From NCBI RefSeq assembly GCF_027307225.1, contig NZ_DAHUXJ010000068.1:1700-65699 (forward strand): a stretch of DNA of 64,000 nt, in the 5' to 3' direction. The stretch comes from Bradyrhizobium sp. (GTDB lineage Bacteria > Pseudomonadota > Alphaproteobacteria > Rhizobiales > Xanthobacteraceae). Below are positions 27,409 through 39,525 of the stretch, one piece after another. How positions within the stretch are numbered: the first letter of the stretch is position 1; every line of letters starts with the position of its first letter. A model generated the notes under the pieces. That model ran no database searches, had not been told where the DNA came from, and saw only the letters and a list, made by a program, of their open reading frames with translations. The translations under genes and the position numbers were made by a program.

Positions 27409-28425
27409 ATGTATCAGAGTTCGACTAGTCCGAGGGGACAATCCCCGATTTCTATCATCGGTGCAGGCGTCGCAGGCGCCTGGCATGCTTTGCTGCTTGC
27501 GCAGTCCGGCCGCGCGGTCACGCTGCACGAGCGCAGTGACGCCACGATGACGCAGTCCACCAGTTACTGGGCCGGCGGCATGCTCGCCCCCTGGTGCGAG
27601 GCGGAATCGACCGAGCCCGTGATCGTCCGGCTCGGCCTTCGCTCCCTCACGCTCTGGCGGGATTATTTTCCCGATACCCCGTTCAACGGCTCGCTGGTGG
27701 TGGCGCACGCGCGCGACCGGGCTGACTTCGAGCGCTTTGCGCGGCTGACATCGGGATATCGGCGGCTGGACGCGCAAGGCGTCAGCGAGATCGAACCTTC
27801 GCTCGACGGGCGCTTTCGCGAAGGCCTGTTCTATCCGGACGAGGGCCATGTCGAGCCGCGCAAGATCCTGGGCGAACTGCACGCGCGCATTCGCGCGCTC
27901 GGCGGCAGCATCGAATTCAACAGCGCGGTCGAGCCGGACCAACTCGACGGCACCGTGATCGATTGCCGCGGGCTTGCGGCGCGCCAGGCGCAGGGCGAGC
28001 TTCGCGGCGTCAAGGGCGAACTCATCCTGATCGAGAGCGACGAGGTGGAACTGTCGCGTCCGGTGCGGCTGGTCCATCCGCGATTTCCCCTCTACATCAT
28101 CCCGCGCGGCGGCGGCCGTTTCATGCTGGGCGCGACTTCGCTCGAGACCGAAAGTGCCGGCGTCAGTGTCCGCTCCGCGCTCGAGCTTCTCGGCGCGGCC
28201 TATGCCGTCCATCCCGCCTTCGCCGAAGCGCGCATCCTCGAATTCGGCTCGGGCCTTCGCCCGGCCTTTCCGGACAACCTGCCGCGCATTGCGATCAAGA
28301 ACGGGAAGATCGCGGTGAACGGGCTTTATCGCCACGGCTTTCTTTTGGCGCCGGCGCTCGCCGAACTGACGCTCGGTTATGTCGAGCGCGGCACCATCGA
28401 CAACGAGGTAATGCAATGCGCGTGA
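27409..28425 (+). CDS. thiO: Glycine oxidase ThiO
   Basis: IIGAGVAG FAD motif, AGGMLAPWCE, GLRPAFPDNLP, NGLYRHGFLLAP; operon context. Confidence 0.93.
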   Translation: MYQSSTSPRGQSPISIIGAGVAGAWHALLLAQSGRAVTLHERSDATMTQSTSYWAGGMLAPWCEAESTEPVIVRLGLRSLTLWRDYFPDTPFNGSLVVAHARDRADFERFARLTSGYRRLDAQGVSEIEPSLDGRFREGLFYPDEGHVEPRKILGELHARIRALGGSIEFNSAVEPDQLDGTVIDCRGLAARQAQGELRGVKGELILIESDEVELSRPVRLVHPRFPLYIIPRGGGRFMLGATSLETESAGVSVRSALELLGAAYAVHPAFAEARILEFGSGLRPAFPDNLPRIAIKNGKIAVNGLYRHGFLLAPALAELTLGYVERGTIDNEVMQCA

Positions 28426-28613
28426 TCATCAACGGCGAAGAGCGCGAGATTCCCTCGATGAGCGTCGCTGCGCTGCTTGGCGAACTCGATTACGAGGGCA
28501 CGCATTTCGCGGTCGCGGTGAACTACGACGTGCTGCCGAGAAGCCGCTGGGCGGAGACGCATCTGAAAGCCGGCGACGAGATCGAAATCATCACGCCGCG
28601 GCAGGGAGGGTGA
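28416..28613 (+). CDS. thiS: Sulfur carrier ThiS
   Basis: MRVIINGE...AVAVN..VLPR...EIITPRQGG C-terminus. Confidence 0.95.
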   Translation: MRVIINGEEREIPSMSVAALLGELDYEGTHFAVAVNYDVLPRSRWAETHLKAGDEIEIITPRQGG

Positions 28614-28638
28614 GGATGAGCAACCTGCAAACTCCGCT

Positions 28639-28738
28639 GTCATCGCCCGACTTGATCGGGCGATCCAGTACGCCGCGACCTCTCGGCTTCGCCTCTGCTG
28701 CTCTGGAATACTGGATCCCCGCTTTCGCGGGGATGACG
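28639..28738. repeat. GTCATC...GATGAC palindromic repeat between thiS and thiG
   Basis: GTCATCGCCCG / GCGGGGATGAC termini and internal GATCCAGTA / TACTGGATC. Confidence 0.8.
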
Positions 28739-28760
28739 ACCTGTGGACTGGAATACTGAT

Positions 28761-29532
28761 ATGCCACTAACTTTCTACGGCAAAACCTTCGCTTCCCGTC
28801 TCTTGATCGGCACGGCGCTCTATCCGTCGCCCACGATCATGCAGAGTGCGATCCGCGCCTCGGCTGCCGAAATCGTCACCGTGTCGCTGCGGCGCGAGGC
28901 CGCCGGTGGCAAGACCGGCGACGCCTTCTGGAATCTGATCCGCGAGCTCGACGTGACGGTGCTGCCGAACACCGCCGGCTGCCGCAGCGTGCGCGAAGCC
29001 GTGACGACCGCAAAACTCGCCCGCGAATTGTTCGGCACGAGCTGGATCAAGCTGGAAGTGATCGCGGACAACGATACCCTGCAGCCTGACGTGGTCGGCC
29101 TCGTCGAGGCGGCCTCCATCCTGATCAAGGATGGCTTTGAGGTGTTCCCCTATTGCACCGAGGATTTGTCGGTGGCGATGCGGCTGGTCGACGCCGGCTG
29201 CAAGGTGGTGATGCCCTGGGCGGCGCCGATCGGCTCGGCGCGCGGCATCATCAATCCCGATGCGCTGAAACTCCTGCGCGACCGCCTGCCTGACGTGTCG
29301 CTCGTGGTCGACGCGGGCCTGGGCGCGCCGAGCCATGCCGCCCGCGCGCTCGAGCTTGGTTACGACGCCGTGCTGCTCAACACCGCCATCGCCAGGGCCG
29401 CCGATCCCGTCGCGATGGCAAAAGCGTTCCGCGCCGGCGTCGAAGCCGGGCGCACGGCCTTTGAAGCCGGATTAATGGAAGCGCGCGACTTCGCCTCCCC
29501 TTCAACCCCCGTCGTTGGGACCCCGTTCTGGC

Positions 29533-29546
<14 letters not shown>
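28761..29546 (+). CDS. thiG: Thiazole synthase ThiG
   Basis: [40 protein letters not shown]. Confidence 0.96.
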
Positions 29547-32377
<2,831 letters not shown>

Positions 32378-32824
32378 GCTTTCCTCGCCTACCGAGCGAA
32401 CCTGAGAAGTCTATCAAAAATAAAGGGGCGGGCGAGGCGCGCCGACCCATGAGAAGTCCTCAACGGGGCGAAATCCTCAAGGGTCGGGGCGAGGGTTGGA
32501 TGGACAGGACCCGCCTGCCTCACAGCGCGGCTGGGGTCCAATCATTGCTCCCGGAGGATGTGAAATCTGGAATCGGAAAATATTCCTGTGGGAAATGCAA
32601 GTTGTTTCATGCATTTACGTCAAGTCGCTCGATCATTGAGCGGAGAAACTGGGGATAGACGCGCCCATCGGTTGTAAAAGCCCTCCTTGGCCGCCAATAC
32701 GTGGCGTGCTGCGAGGATCGATGAACATGAAAGGACTCATACTGGCGCTGATCATGGCGCTTGGCCTCGGACGAGCGCTTCATGTCGCTTACGCCTGCAA
32801 AAAGGGAGCCGGAGCGCACACGCA

Positions 32825-33295
32825 ATGAGCGATCTGCGACCTTATCGGGATCGACCTGCTACGCAGCTGACTGCCGGAGCGCGCTTCATAAGGGGCTTCA
32901 CTCGGATTGGCGCAGTCGTTGCCGTGCTGGTGGCGCTGACAGGCGGGACGATCACCATCTTCGTCGCCAAAGAGCTGTACAACGATGCGACTCGTTCTCA
33001 TGAGAGCGCGCAGTGCGTCGCGCGGCTCGCGCGCGCCGGCTACACATTCAGAACAAAGTCCTACAGTGATGCACTCGATTATGACGTCGGCGGCTGCGTC
33101 GAAGACGGCCTCTATCGCAAATCGGTTCGCGAAGTGATCGCGCTTGCCGATGCGCCAGACCCGGTGTTTGTCACGAGCAACGGCGCTGAAGCGCTCGGTT
33201 ACGGCATGATCGTTACTGGCATCTGCGCCGTCGTCGCCTATCTGGCCTCCTGGCTGATCGGCTGGATGTTCGCCGGCTTCACGAAAGACGCATAA
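32825..33295 (+). CDS. Hypothetical two-TM protein with a Cys-containing periplasmic loop
   Basis: TM IGAVVAVLVALTGGTITIFV and TM YGMIVTGICAVVAYLASWLIGWMF; ATG at 32825. Confidence 0.7.
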   Translation: MSDLRPYRDRPATQLTAGARFIRGFTRIGAVVAVLVALTGGTITIFVAKELYNDATRSHESAQCVARLARAGYTFRTKSYSDALDYDVGGCVEDGLYRKSVREVIALADAPDPVFVTSNGAEALGYGMIVTGICAVVAYLASWLIGWMFAGFTKDA

Positions 33296-33297
33296 TC

Positions 33298-34044
33298 ATG
33301 GAATACAACTTGGACCATCGGGTCGTTCTTAGTACCGAGCGCGAACACAAGAGTTTGTATTCGTGGTCCATCAAGGAGTTTGATGCACACGGAAAACAAA
33401 TCGGCCATGACCAGATTCCATGGGACTGGTCTGTGGCATTCGAAGTTCTAGAATTGAGCACGTCGTATACGCTTGAGATGAAGAAAGATGATGGGGCACA
33501 TGACACCGACGCCCCTCTGTCGAGCGAGGTGCGGGAATATCTCTATGGAAGATTGCGCCCTTCTGTGGAGCGCCGAGAGGCGGGCTTCTACTCTATGTTC
33601 GGGACTCGGCGACGAATAGATCGGTTTAGCTTCTTTATCTACAAAGCGAAGGACGACAAAAACGAATATTGTCAGTTGTCAGGTAGCGCAAGTTATACGG
33701 CTGAGTGGGATTTCGAAGACGTAACCGAGCCGGATTGGATTCAGCTATCGATCGTTGTCTCACCGGAGCGGTTCGAACAACTAATGAATTTGGTGAAGTT
33801 GCCCGCGGCGACGGGAGCAACAATTCGCTTGCGCGGTGTTGACGGCTTTTATTCGGAGTGGTCGCCGTCGATAAGAACGGAAAGCATTAAGGTGCTGGCC
33901 AGTGTGCAAGATCAGCAGCTCATGAATTCAGAAAATTTAGACTTGGTCCCTCCCGTATTGGGCAATGTTCAGGAATTCGAGCTCTCCTTAAGAAAGCAAC
34001 ATCCTCTGATACGTTCACTGAAACCGAAAGATGGCGAAGACTGA
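33298..34044 (+). CDS. Hypothetical beta-rich cytoplasmic protein, AT-richer
   Basis: 248-aa ORF starting 2 nt after the previous stop; no recognisable motif. Confidence 0.75.
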   Translation: MEYNLDHRVVLSTEREHKSLYSWSIKEFDAHGKQIGHDQIPWDWSVAFEVLELSTSYTLEMKKDDGAHDTDAPLSSEVREYLYGRLRPSVERREAGFYSMFGTRRRIDRFSFFIYKAKDDKNEYCQLSGSASYTAEWDFEDVTEPDWIQLSIVVSPERFEQLMNLVKLPAATGATIRLRGVDGFYSEWSPSIRTESIKVLASVQDQQLMNSENLDLVPPVLGNVQEFELSLRKQHPLIRSLKPKDGED

Positions 34045-34170
34045 GATGGCGGTTCGAGCGCCCGCTCCGCTGGTTGGTTTTCTCGACGTTGCCGCCCCCA
34101 AGTCGCGCGAGGTGATCAACGTACCCGGCGGCCTCCGCAATGCGTTCGAAGAAGCTACAGCAGGCCGCGT

Positions 34171-34626
34171 TCACAACAGCTTTCTTTGCGCGGGCGCGAT
34201 GGGCTTTCTGATCAACAACGGCGGTATGCCGACCACTCCGGTTTTTTTGAGCAAGCCGTCATCGAATGTCTCCAGCGCCTGAACTTTCGCCTCAAGCGCG
34301 GTCGCGACGTGAATGGCGTCTTTGGGGCGTATTCCGTGGTCCCAAACTAGTTCTTGAGCGCTCTCTGAGACAACGCGAGTGACGTTGCGGAGTCTCATGC
34401 AGGATCGGCGAAAGAATCTGCGAACGATTTCGGCCTTGTCCTTCGGAATCGGAGGTGCGTTTCGCATCCAAAGTACTTCAGCGATTGTAAGCGTCGACGT
34501 CACGATGAGCACTTCGCCCGCATCCGCGCGCATCAGGGTGCCCTCGCACAGCTGCGCCTTACCGGCCTCTGACTGGAGCCATCCGAGAAACGCGTCGCTA
34601 TCCCAATAAATCAATTCAACTGGCAA
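34171..34626 (-). CDS. PIN-domain (VapC-like) ribonuclease
   Basis: Acidic tetrad in YWDSDAF, TSTLTIAEV, IRPKDAIHVATA, LETFDDGL; TTG start 1 nt after the partner stop. Confidence 0.9.
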   Translation of the reverse strand: MPVELIYWDSDAFLGWLQSEAGKAQLCEGTLMRADAGEVLIVTSTLTIAEVLWMRNAPPIPKDKAEIVRRFFRRSCMRLRNVTRVVSESAQELVWDHGIRPKDAIHVATALEAKVQALETFDDGLLKKTGVVGIPPLLIRKPIAPAQRKLL

Positions 34627-34627
34627 A

Positions 34628-35374
34628 TCAGTTACGGAGAATGCCTCTCACGTCCCCTGCTGTTGGTAGTTCGCTGTCATCGGGCAGGCTGATTACGCTA
34701 ACCGCTTCGATGCTGATAGGCATCCCGTTCTTCCGATAATGGATCACGCCGGAGACTTCGACGCGCTTTCGAAACTTATCGAAGACCTCGGCGAGCAGGT
34801 TCTCGGGAAAAAAGCAGCGAACCTTCTGCTTTAGCATTGCATCGCGGATTTGGAATTGTAGAGAGCCGCTACTGCCCTCGGTTATCGTTTCCAATCGACC
34901 TTCGATTGTCCCGTAGTCGTTGTAGTCAGCCCTAAAATCCTCCCGGATGACGCTCGCAATTCTTGGGTCTAGCTCGACCGGCTTTTTGCGGACCCAAAGG
35001 CGGACCGGAATCATGTGACCTCGTGTGCCTTCGGATATTTCCGCCAAGGTCCGCAAGTGCTTCACCGCTGCTTCAGGTAGGCCGGAGTCGTCAATATCGC
35101 CTTCCGCGATGCGCCTAATGCCCTTCTCAGCACGCGCGTAGACCGCGTTCACGACTTCAATAGGAGTTACCGGCATTGGGTCAACGCCGAGTAATGTGCT
35201 GCCCTCGCGCACCCGTACGACCCATCGCGCGGGCTCCCCCTCTGGAGCAAAGCTCGCGCTCAATTCCTGTATATATCCGAAGAACGCACGGGCAGCCGTC
35301 ATGAAGCGCTCAGGAGATAGATCGGCGCCGATCTCCAGCGTGAGTTCACTAGGTATCTGGTCGGCAATAGCCAT
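34628..35374 (-). CDS. Hypothetical 248-aa partner of the PIN nuclease (possible OB-like C-terminal domain)
   Basis: Tightly coupled upstream of the PIN gene; C-terminus YGTIEGRLETI...FQIRD...KVRCFF...RVEVSGVIHY is beta-rich. Confidence 0.75.
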   Translation of the reverse strand: MAIADQIPSELTLEIGADLSPERFMTAARAFFGYIQELSASFAPEGEPARWVVRVREGSTLLGVDPMPVTPIEVVNAVYARAEKGIRRIAEGDIDDSGLPEAAVKHLRTLAEISEGTRGHMIPVRLWVRKKPVELDPRIASVIREDFRADYNDYGTIEGRLETITEGSSGSLQFQIRDAMLKQKVRCFFPENLLAEVFDKFRKRVEVSGVIHYRKNGMPISIEAVSVISLPDDSELPTAGDVRGILRN

Positions 35375-35618
35375 CAACCAATCCGTTGTTAGCTCCCAAA
35401 AACAACAACGCGCATTATCCGACGGAGGCGTCAATCATACGTTACGCTCATCATCGTCGGCAAGGGACGGAGGCAGGTACCAACTCCCGTTTCTTTCGTA
35501 ATTTCAATGCGATAAATAAAGGGTCTTTCTCCCGCAAAGGAGAGAACGGCAAAAAACCGGCCTTGGCGATATGCCGACCGGGCTGCTCACATTTGAAAAG
35601 TTTTCAAATCCGCGTTGA

Positions 35619-35840
35619 TCACGCCGCGACCGGCAGCTCCGCCCGGTCGACGGCCCCTACCGCCGGCCTTCCGATGATCCGCCGCAGTTCGGCAGCCAAG
35701 CCATCCAGCACCGCGCGCTTTTCCTTCATCCGCTTGCTGTGATTGTACACCTTGCCGGTGACGGTCGGCACGATCTGCTCTGACTTGCTCGCGGTGTGAT
35801 CGAGGCACTTCGCGATCCACGTTGGCATCGAGGTCACGCA
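35619..35840 (-). pseudogene. C-terminal remnant of a tyrosine integrase
   Basis: IAKCLDH...VTGKVYNHSKRMKEKRAVLD matches the box II His and catalytic Tyr region of phage-type integrases; the 5' part is replaced by repeats. Confidence 0.75.
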
Positions 35841-35889
35841 GCTCGGGATTCTCTGGCGCGTACCTGGGGATGCACCCCGGAATGACGGT

Positions 35890-36382
35890 TGCTGATTTGC
35901 GCGTCTGTCCAGCCCTCGCGCGAAAAATATTTCGCTTAACCCGTCGGGCAAATCAGCGATACCAGCTCGCCCCGTCTCACCCGATGAGAGGGGCGGCTCG
36001 CGATCGTCACGAACGTGGGTGAGATGCGGTGGACGCGGACCTCGCCAACAGACGAACGGCGCGGGCTCGCGGACGGCGAAGTCGTGTGGTCCTGACGCCC
36101 CGACGCTGGCGTCAACTTGGTGACGATGCTCGGCATCGTGACTTAGGATGGTGGCAAGAAAGCCCGGCTCACCAGGGAGATCACGAAGGAAACCGTTAAA
36201 ACCATTGCGCAGGGAGTGCCGGATCGTTCCGGTGGACCTGTGGTGACTAACTCGTGTGCTTTCTATCCTTGCGCACGAGGCTGCGGGTGCGCCTGACGCA
36301 CCGGCATTCCCTGCGCCCTCTCTATCCGGGGCGAAATGTTTGTGCATCACCCGCGCGCAACTCGCGCCGCGGGAATGCGGCC
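35890..36382. repeat. ~490-bp structured non-coding element (dispersed repeat of Bradyrhizobium type)
   Basis: Many internal stems (GCTGATTTGC / GCAAATCAGC; GCGCAGGGAGTGCCGG / CCGGCATTCCCTGCGC). Recalled as a multicopy Bradyrhizobium sequence that yields spurious ORFs; only one copy in this window. Confidence 0.7.
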
Positions 36383-36562
36383 TGACGCCCCAGTGTCCCG
36401 CGGCACTGAAAGGAACGTCAGTGTCGCTACACCAGGCTGTCTGACACGTGAATCCGGGAGACCCCCGAGATGCATCGCTATCAGCGATACGCCTCTGGAT
36501 GAGGGCTGAGTGACGTCTGTCAAGCGGTCCGCCGGCGCCGCGATGTGTGCCGGAGCAGCACA

Positions 36563-36641
36563 CAGGATGGGTTGAGCGTTTGCGAAACCCATCGTCTCAG
36601 CCGCTGCCGTGATGGGTATCGCTGCGCTCCACCCATCCTAC
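36563..36641. repeat. GTAG-REP inverted doublet (REPIN) cognate to the RAYT at 60577
   Basis: The reverse complement of 36611-36641 (GTAGGATGGGTGGAGCGCAGCGATACCCATC) differs by 1 nt from the REP at 61192. Confidence 0.9.
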
Positions 36642-36662
36642 GCACTGCAGAACACCTGCCTC

Positions 36663-37232
36663 TCACCGCGCCGGAAATACCGTAACCGTCAGCACACAGA
36701 CGCGCTCGAATTTGGTCCCGTCGCCGAGCGAGAATGTCTGCACGATCGGCGATGCGCCGCCGTACACGTCAGCGCCGTCGCGGCGCGCCAGTCGTTTGAG
36801 TTCGAAGGAGGAAATGCCAAAGCTCTTTCCGGCGGTGGGACCGGCTGTAAAGGTGCCGCTTGCGGCGCCGGCGCGGAACATGGCGCCGTTGTCTTGCGAT
36901 TCGCTGACCGAGGCACTGAATGTGCTGTTGTAGGCGTGCGCTGCCGGCGCATGCATGCGGGGTCCGACCCCGAAAGAAGCAGTATCGACGAATTGACCGA
37001 CCTCGCTGGCCGCACCGTGATCGTCCACGCTGCCGTTGCTTGCGAATGTCATCGTCCACGCAACACCGGTGTAGACCGGTTCCAGCCTGGCATTGAAGCC
37101 CTGCGGCGAGGCCAGGCATGTTCCCGAAGCGCTATAGGTGAAAGCCGAAGCCGTGGACTTCGTGTCGGCAGGCTCCGCCAGCGCCGATGTTGCAAGCGCT
37201 GCAAGCAGGCAGGAGACGAATACGGCTCTCAT
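36663..37232 (-). CDS. Hypothetical secreted beta-rich protein
   Basis: Signal peptide MRAVFVSCLLAALATSALA; two Cys (GTCL, ERVCV). Confidence 0.75.
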   Translation of the reverse strand: MRAVFVSCLLAALATSALAEPADTKSTASAFTYSASGTCLASPQGFNARLEPVYTGVAWTMTFASNGSVDDHGAASEVGQFVDTASFGVGPRMHAPAAHAYNSTFSASVSESQDNGAMFRAGAASGTFTAGPTAGKSFGISSFELKRLARRDGADVYGGASPIVQTFSLGDGTKFERVCVLTVTVFPAR

Positions 37233-37549
37233 CCCGCACCTCCTTTTGTTGCCTTGCCTGAAATGGCGCACGATTCATATTCTCAAATGAGCGGAAAGCC
37301 AATTCGCCTTTGGCGGCGAGACGATGTCTCGCCGCCTCTCGTCGCCTCCTTTGGTGCCGCCGGCGAAGGCCTCGGGCGTGATGACCCGCAACATGAGCGA
37401 TCCAGGCGCGGGCAAGCCGCCGGCAATCACGCGCTTGCTACTGGCGCCGATAGAGCTTTTGCCGCAGGACTGCCCCGTTCAGCGCCCTCGTGCGGTCGAC
37501 ATTGGCCACCTTGCGGTGCCTGGGGATCCATCATTTGGGGAGACTTTTC

Positions 37550-37816
37550 ATGCGTCGCGTTACTGCCCTCTGTGCTGCTGCCGCCATCGTTGCCTCGACC
37601 GCTGCCATCGCCCGTCCGATGCATCAGGAGCAGTCCGGCTACTATGTGATCCGCTGGGACGACACCGGCGTCTGCCAGATCTGGAACACCAACCTGACCC
37701 AGAAGCCGTGGCAGCTGTTCTCGCAGTACAAGGTCGTCAGCAAGACCGTGCCGACCTTTGCGGCCGCGGCGACCATCCAGGAAGACATGCGGATGACCCG
37801 TCACTGCACGCTGTGA
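37550..37816 (+). CDS. Small secreted hypothetical protein
   Basis: Signal peptide; YYVIRWDDTGVCQIW...RHCTL; GGAG RBS. Confidence 0.75.
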   Translation: MRRVTALCAAAAIVASTAAIARPMHQEQSGYYVIRWDDTGVCQIWNTNLTQKPWQLFSQYKVVSKTVPTFAAAATIQEDMRMTRHCTL

Positions 37817-37913
37817 GCGTGGGTTGAGAGTGCCTCAGGTTGAGGCAGAGTGGCATCGAAGGCCGAGCGATTGCCCGGCCTTCTTGTTTGATGGCAGTAT
37901 CGCCATTGCGTGA

Positions 37914-38741
37914 ATGCGGATGACCATGGACGGCGAATTTCGGCTGCAAAATTATCTGGCGCGGATCGGCTATCACGGCCCGCTTCACGCCGATCTCGCC
38001 ACGCTGAAGGCGCTTCAGCTTGCGCATCTCGATGCAATTCCGTTCGAGACGCTCGATCCGCTGTTGCGCCGTCCGGTCAAGCTCGATCTCGCTTCGGTGC
38101 AGGCCAAGCTCGTCGATGGGCGCCGCGGCGGATATTGCTACGAGCATAATCTGCTGCTGCAGGCCGCGGTTGCGGCGATCGGCTTTGAGGTCACCGGGCT
38201 TGCCGGGCGGGTGCGCTGGATGTCGCCGCCGGACAGTCCGCTGGGGGCGAAGACACATATGCTGCTGAAAGTCGATCTCGCCGACGGCGTTTATCTGGCC
38301 GACGCCGGCTTCGGCGCCTGTCTCCTGGACGCGCCCCTGCTGCTGAAAGCCGATATCGAGCAGACCACCGCGATGGGGACGTATAGGCTCACACAATCGG
38401 ACGAACTGCTCTGGTTGAATGCGAAACGAGAGGGCGGCTGGCGAACGCTGTACGTGTTCGACTTGCAACCGCAGCTTCAGTCCGATTACGAACTTGGCAA
38501 CTGGTTCACCTCGACCAACCCGGCGATTCCCCTCACCACCCGCCTGATCATGGAGCGGCTGTCGGGCAGGCGGCGCTACCGGCTGGTCGATCGAACGCTG
38601 TCGACCGAGGCGCGCGATGGTGAGGTGGTCAGTGAGCGCACGCTCGCAAGCGCGGCGGAACTGGCCGACGCGATGAGCGACACCTTCAGGGTGACGCCGC
38701 CGGTGCCAGCGGAGGTGATTTTCGACAAGATCGGCGGATGA
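37914..38741 (+). CDS. Arylamine N-acetyltransferase
   Basis: HLDAIPFETLD, RRGGYCYEHN (catalytic Cys), THMLLKV, YLADAGFG. Confidence 0.95.
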   Translation: MRMTMDGEFRLQNYLARIGYHGPLHADLATLKALQLAHLDAIPFETLDPLLRRPVKLDLASVQAKLVDGRRGGYCYEHNLLLQAAVAAIGFEVTGLAGRVRWMSPPDSPLGAKTHMLLKVDLADGVYLADAGFGACLLDAPLLLKADIEQTTAMGTYRLTQSDELLWLNAKREGGWRTLYVFDLQPQLQSDYELGNWFTSTNPAIPLTTRLIMERLSGRRRYRLVDRTLSTEARDGEVVSERTLASAAELADAMSDTFRVTPPVPAEVIFDKIGG

Positions 38742-38756
38742 GGCCTGCGCATCTTC

Positions 38757-38922
38757 TGATCCCTCCCCCGCGGAACGCGTGGGGAGGGTGGCCGTTGCGA
38801 AGCAACGGTCGGGTGGGGGCGCTAACGCTATCCGACAGATGACTTATTTTGAGTTGGCTCTCAGAGACCCCCACCCCGTCGCTCGCTTCGCTCGCGCCGA
38901 CCCTCCCCACAAGGGGGAGGGA
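38757..38922. repeat. CCCTCCCC...GGGGGAGGG palindromic repeat
   Basis: Same family as 14489, 19383 and the thiC insertion. Confidence 0.85.
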
Positions 38923-38936
38923 AAAGCAAGAGCGTC

Positions 38937-39371
38937 TCACCGGATGCCGATCGCAAGCCCGCTGAGATCCGCGTTCGCCATCAGGCCGACCTGCATGCCC
39001 GAAAGTTCGAGCACGACGCCGCGCGCGTTGGTGAGCAGGATGCCGCGCACGCCGCCGCCGACCACAATGCCCGCGCCGCCCGCCGCATAGGGCCCCGCGA
39101 TATCCGACGCCCGCCAGATATTGTGGACGCGGCCGCGCAGCACGGCGCGCGATCCGCCGAACACGAGACCGTAGTCGATCCCGCCGACCGAGAGCGAGTA
39201 GCGGCGGCCGTGGAAATCCAGAACGCCGCTGCCGCCGTTGCCGCCGATGATCCATCCGGCCTTGTAGATCGTGAGCTGCACATAGCCATCATCGGCATTG
39301 GCCGCGGTCGGCAGACTGAGGCAGGCGGCCAACGTGAGGACGGCGGCGCGCAAGACGGATGGCAGTTTCAT
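38937..39371 (-). CDS. Secreted Gly-rich beta protein (DUF1134/EipA-like)
   Basis: Signal peptide; KAGWIIGGNGGSGVLDF.G...ILLTNARGVVLEL.G..VGL. Confidence 0.65.
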   Translation of the reverse strand: MKLPSVLRAAVLTLAACLSLPTAANADDGYVQLTIYKAGWIIGGNGGSGVLDFHGRRYSLSVGGIDYGLVFGGSRAVLRGRVHNIWRASDIAGPYAAGGAGIVVGGGVRGILLTNARGVVLELSGMQVGLMANADLSGLAIGIR

Positions 39372-39525
39372 AGGTTCCCCCGGGAGTTTGCGTTCGAAAC
39401 GAGAAATCGAATCTCAGGCGGCAGGACTTTAGCCGACCGAACAAGCCCAGAAAAAGGCATTGGCGGCAGGCGGACGGGTCCCTATCGTGGTAATTTCGGA
39501 GCGGCCAGCCACAGGAGGGACCAGA

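Noticed and set aside
32400-32700. Possible sRNA after thiC (short repeats GAGAAGTC and TCCTCAA)
   Set aside because: No convincing promoter, terminator or stable fold was found by eye. It is more likely degenerate islet border sequence.
35619-36563. 314-aa ORF as a real protein
   Set aside because: It is a chance read-through of the structured repeat into the integrase remnant. Only the last ~70 codons look like protein.
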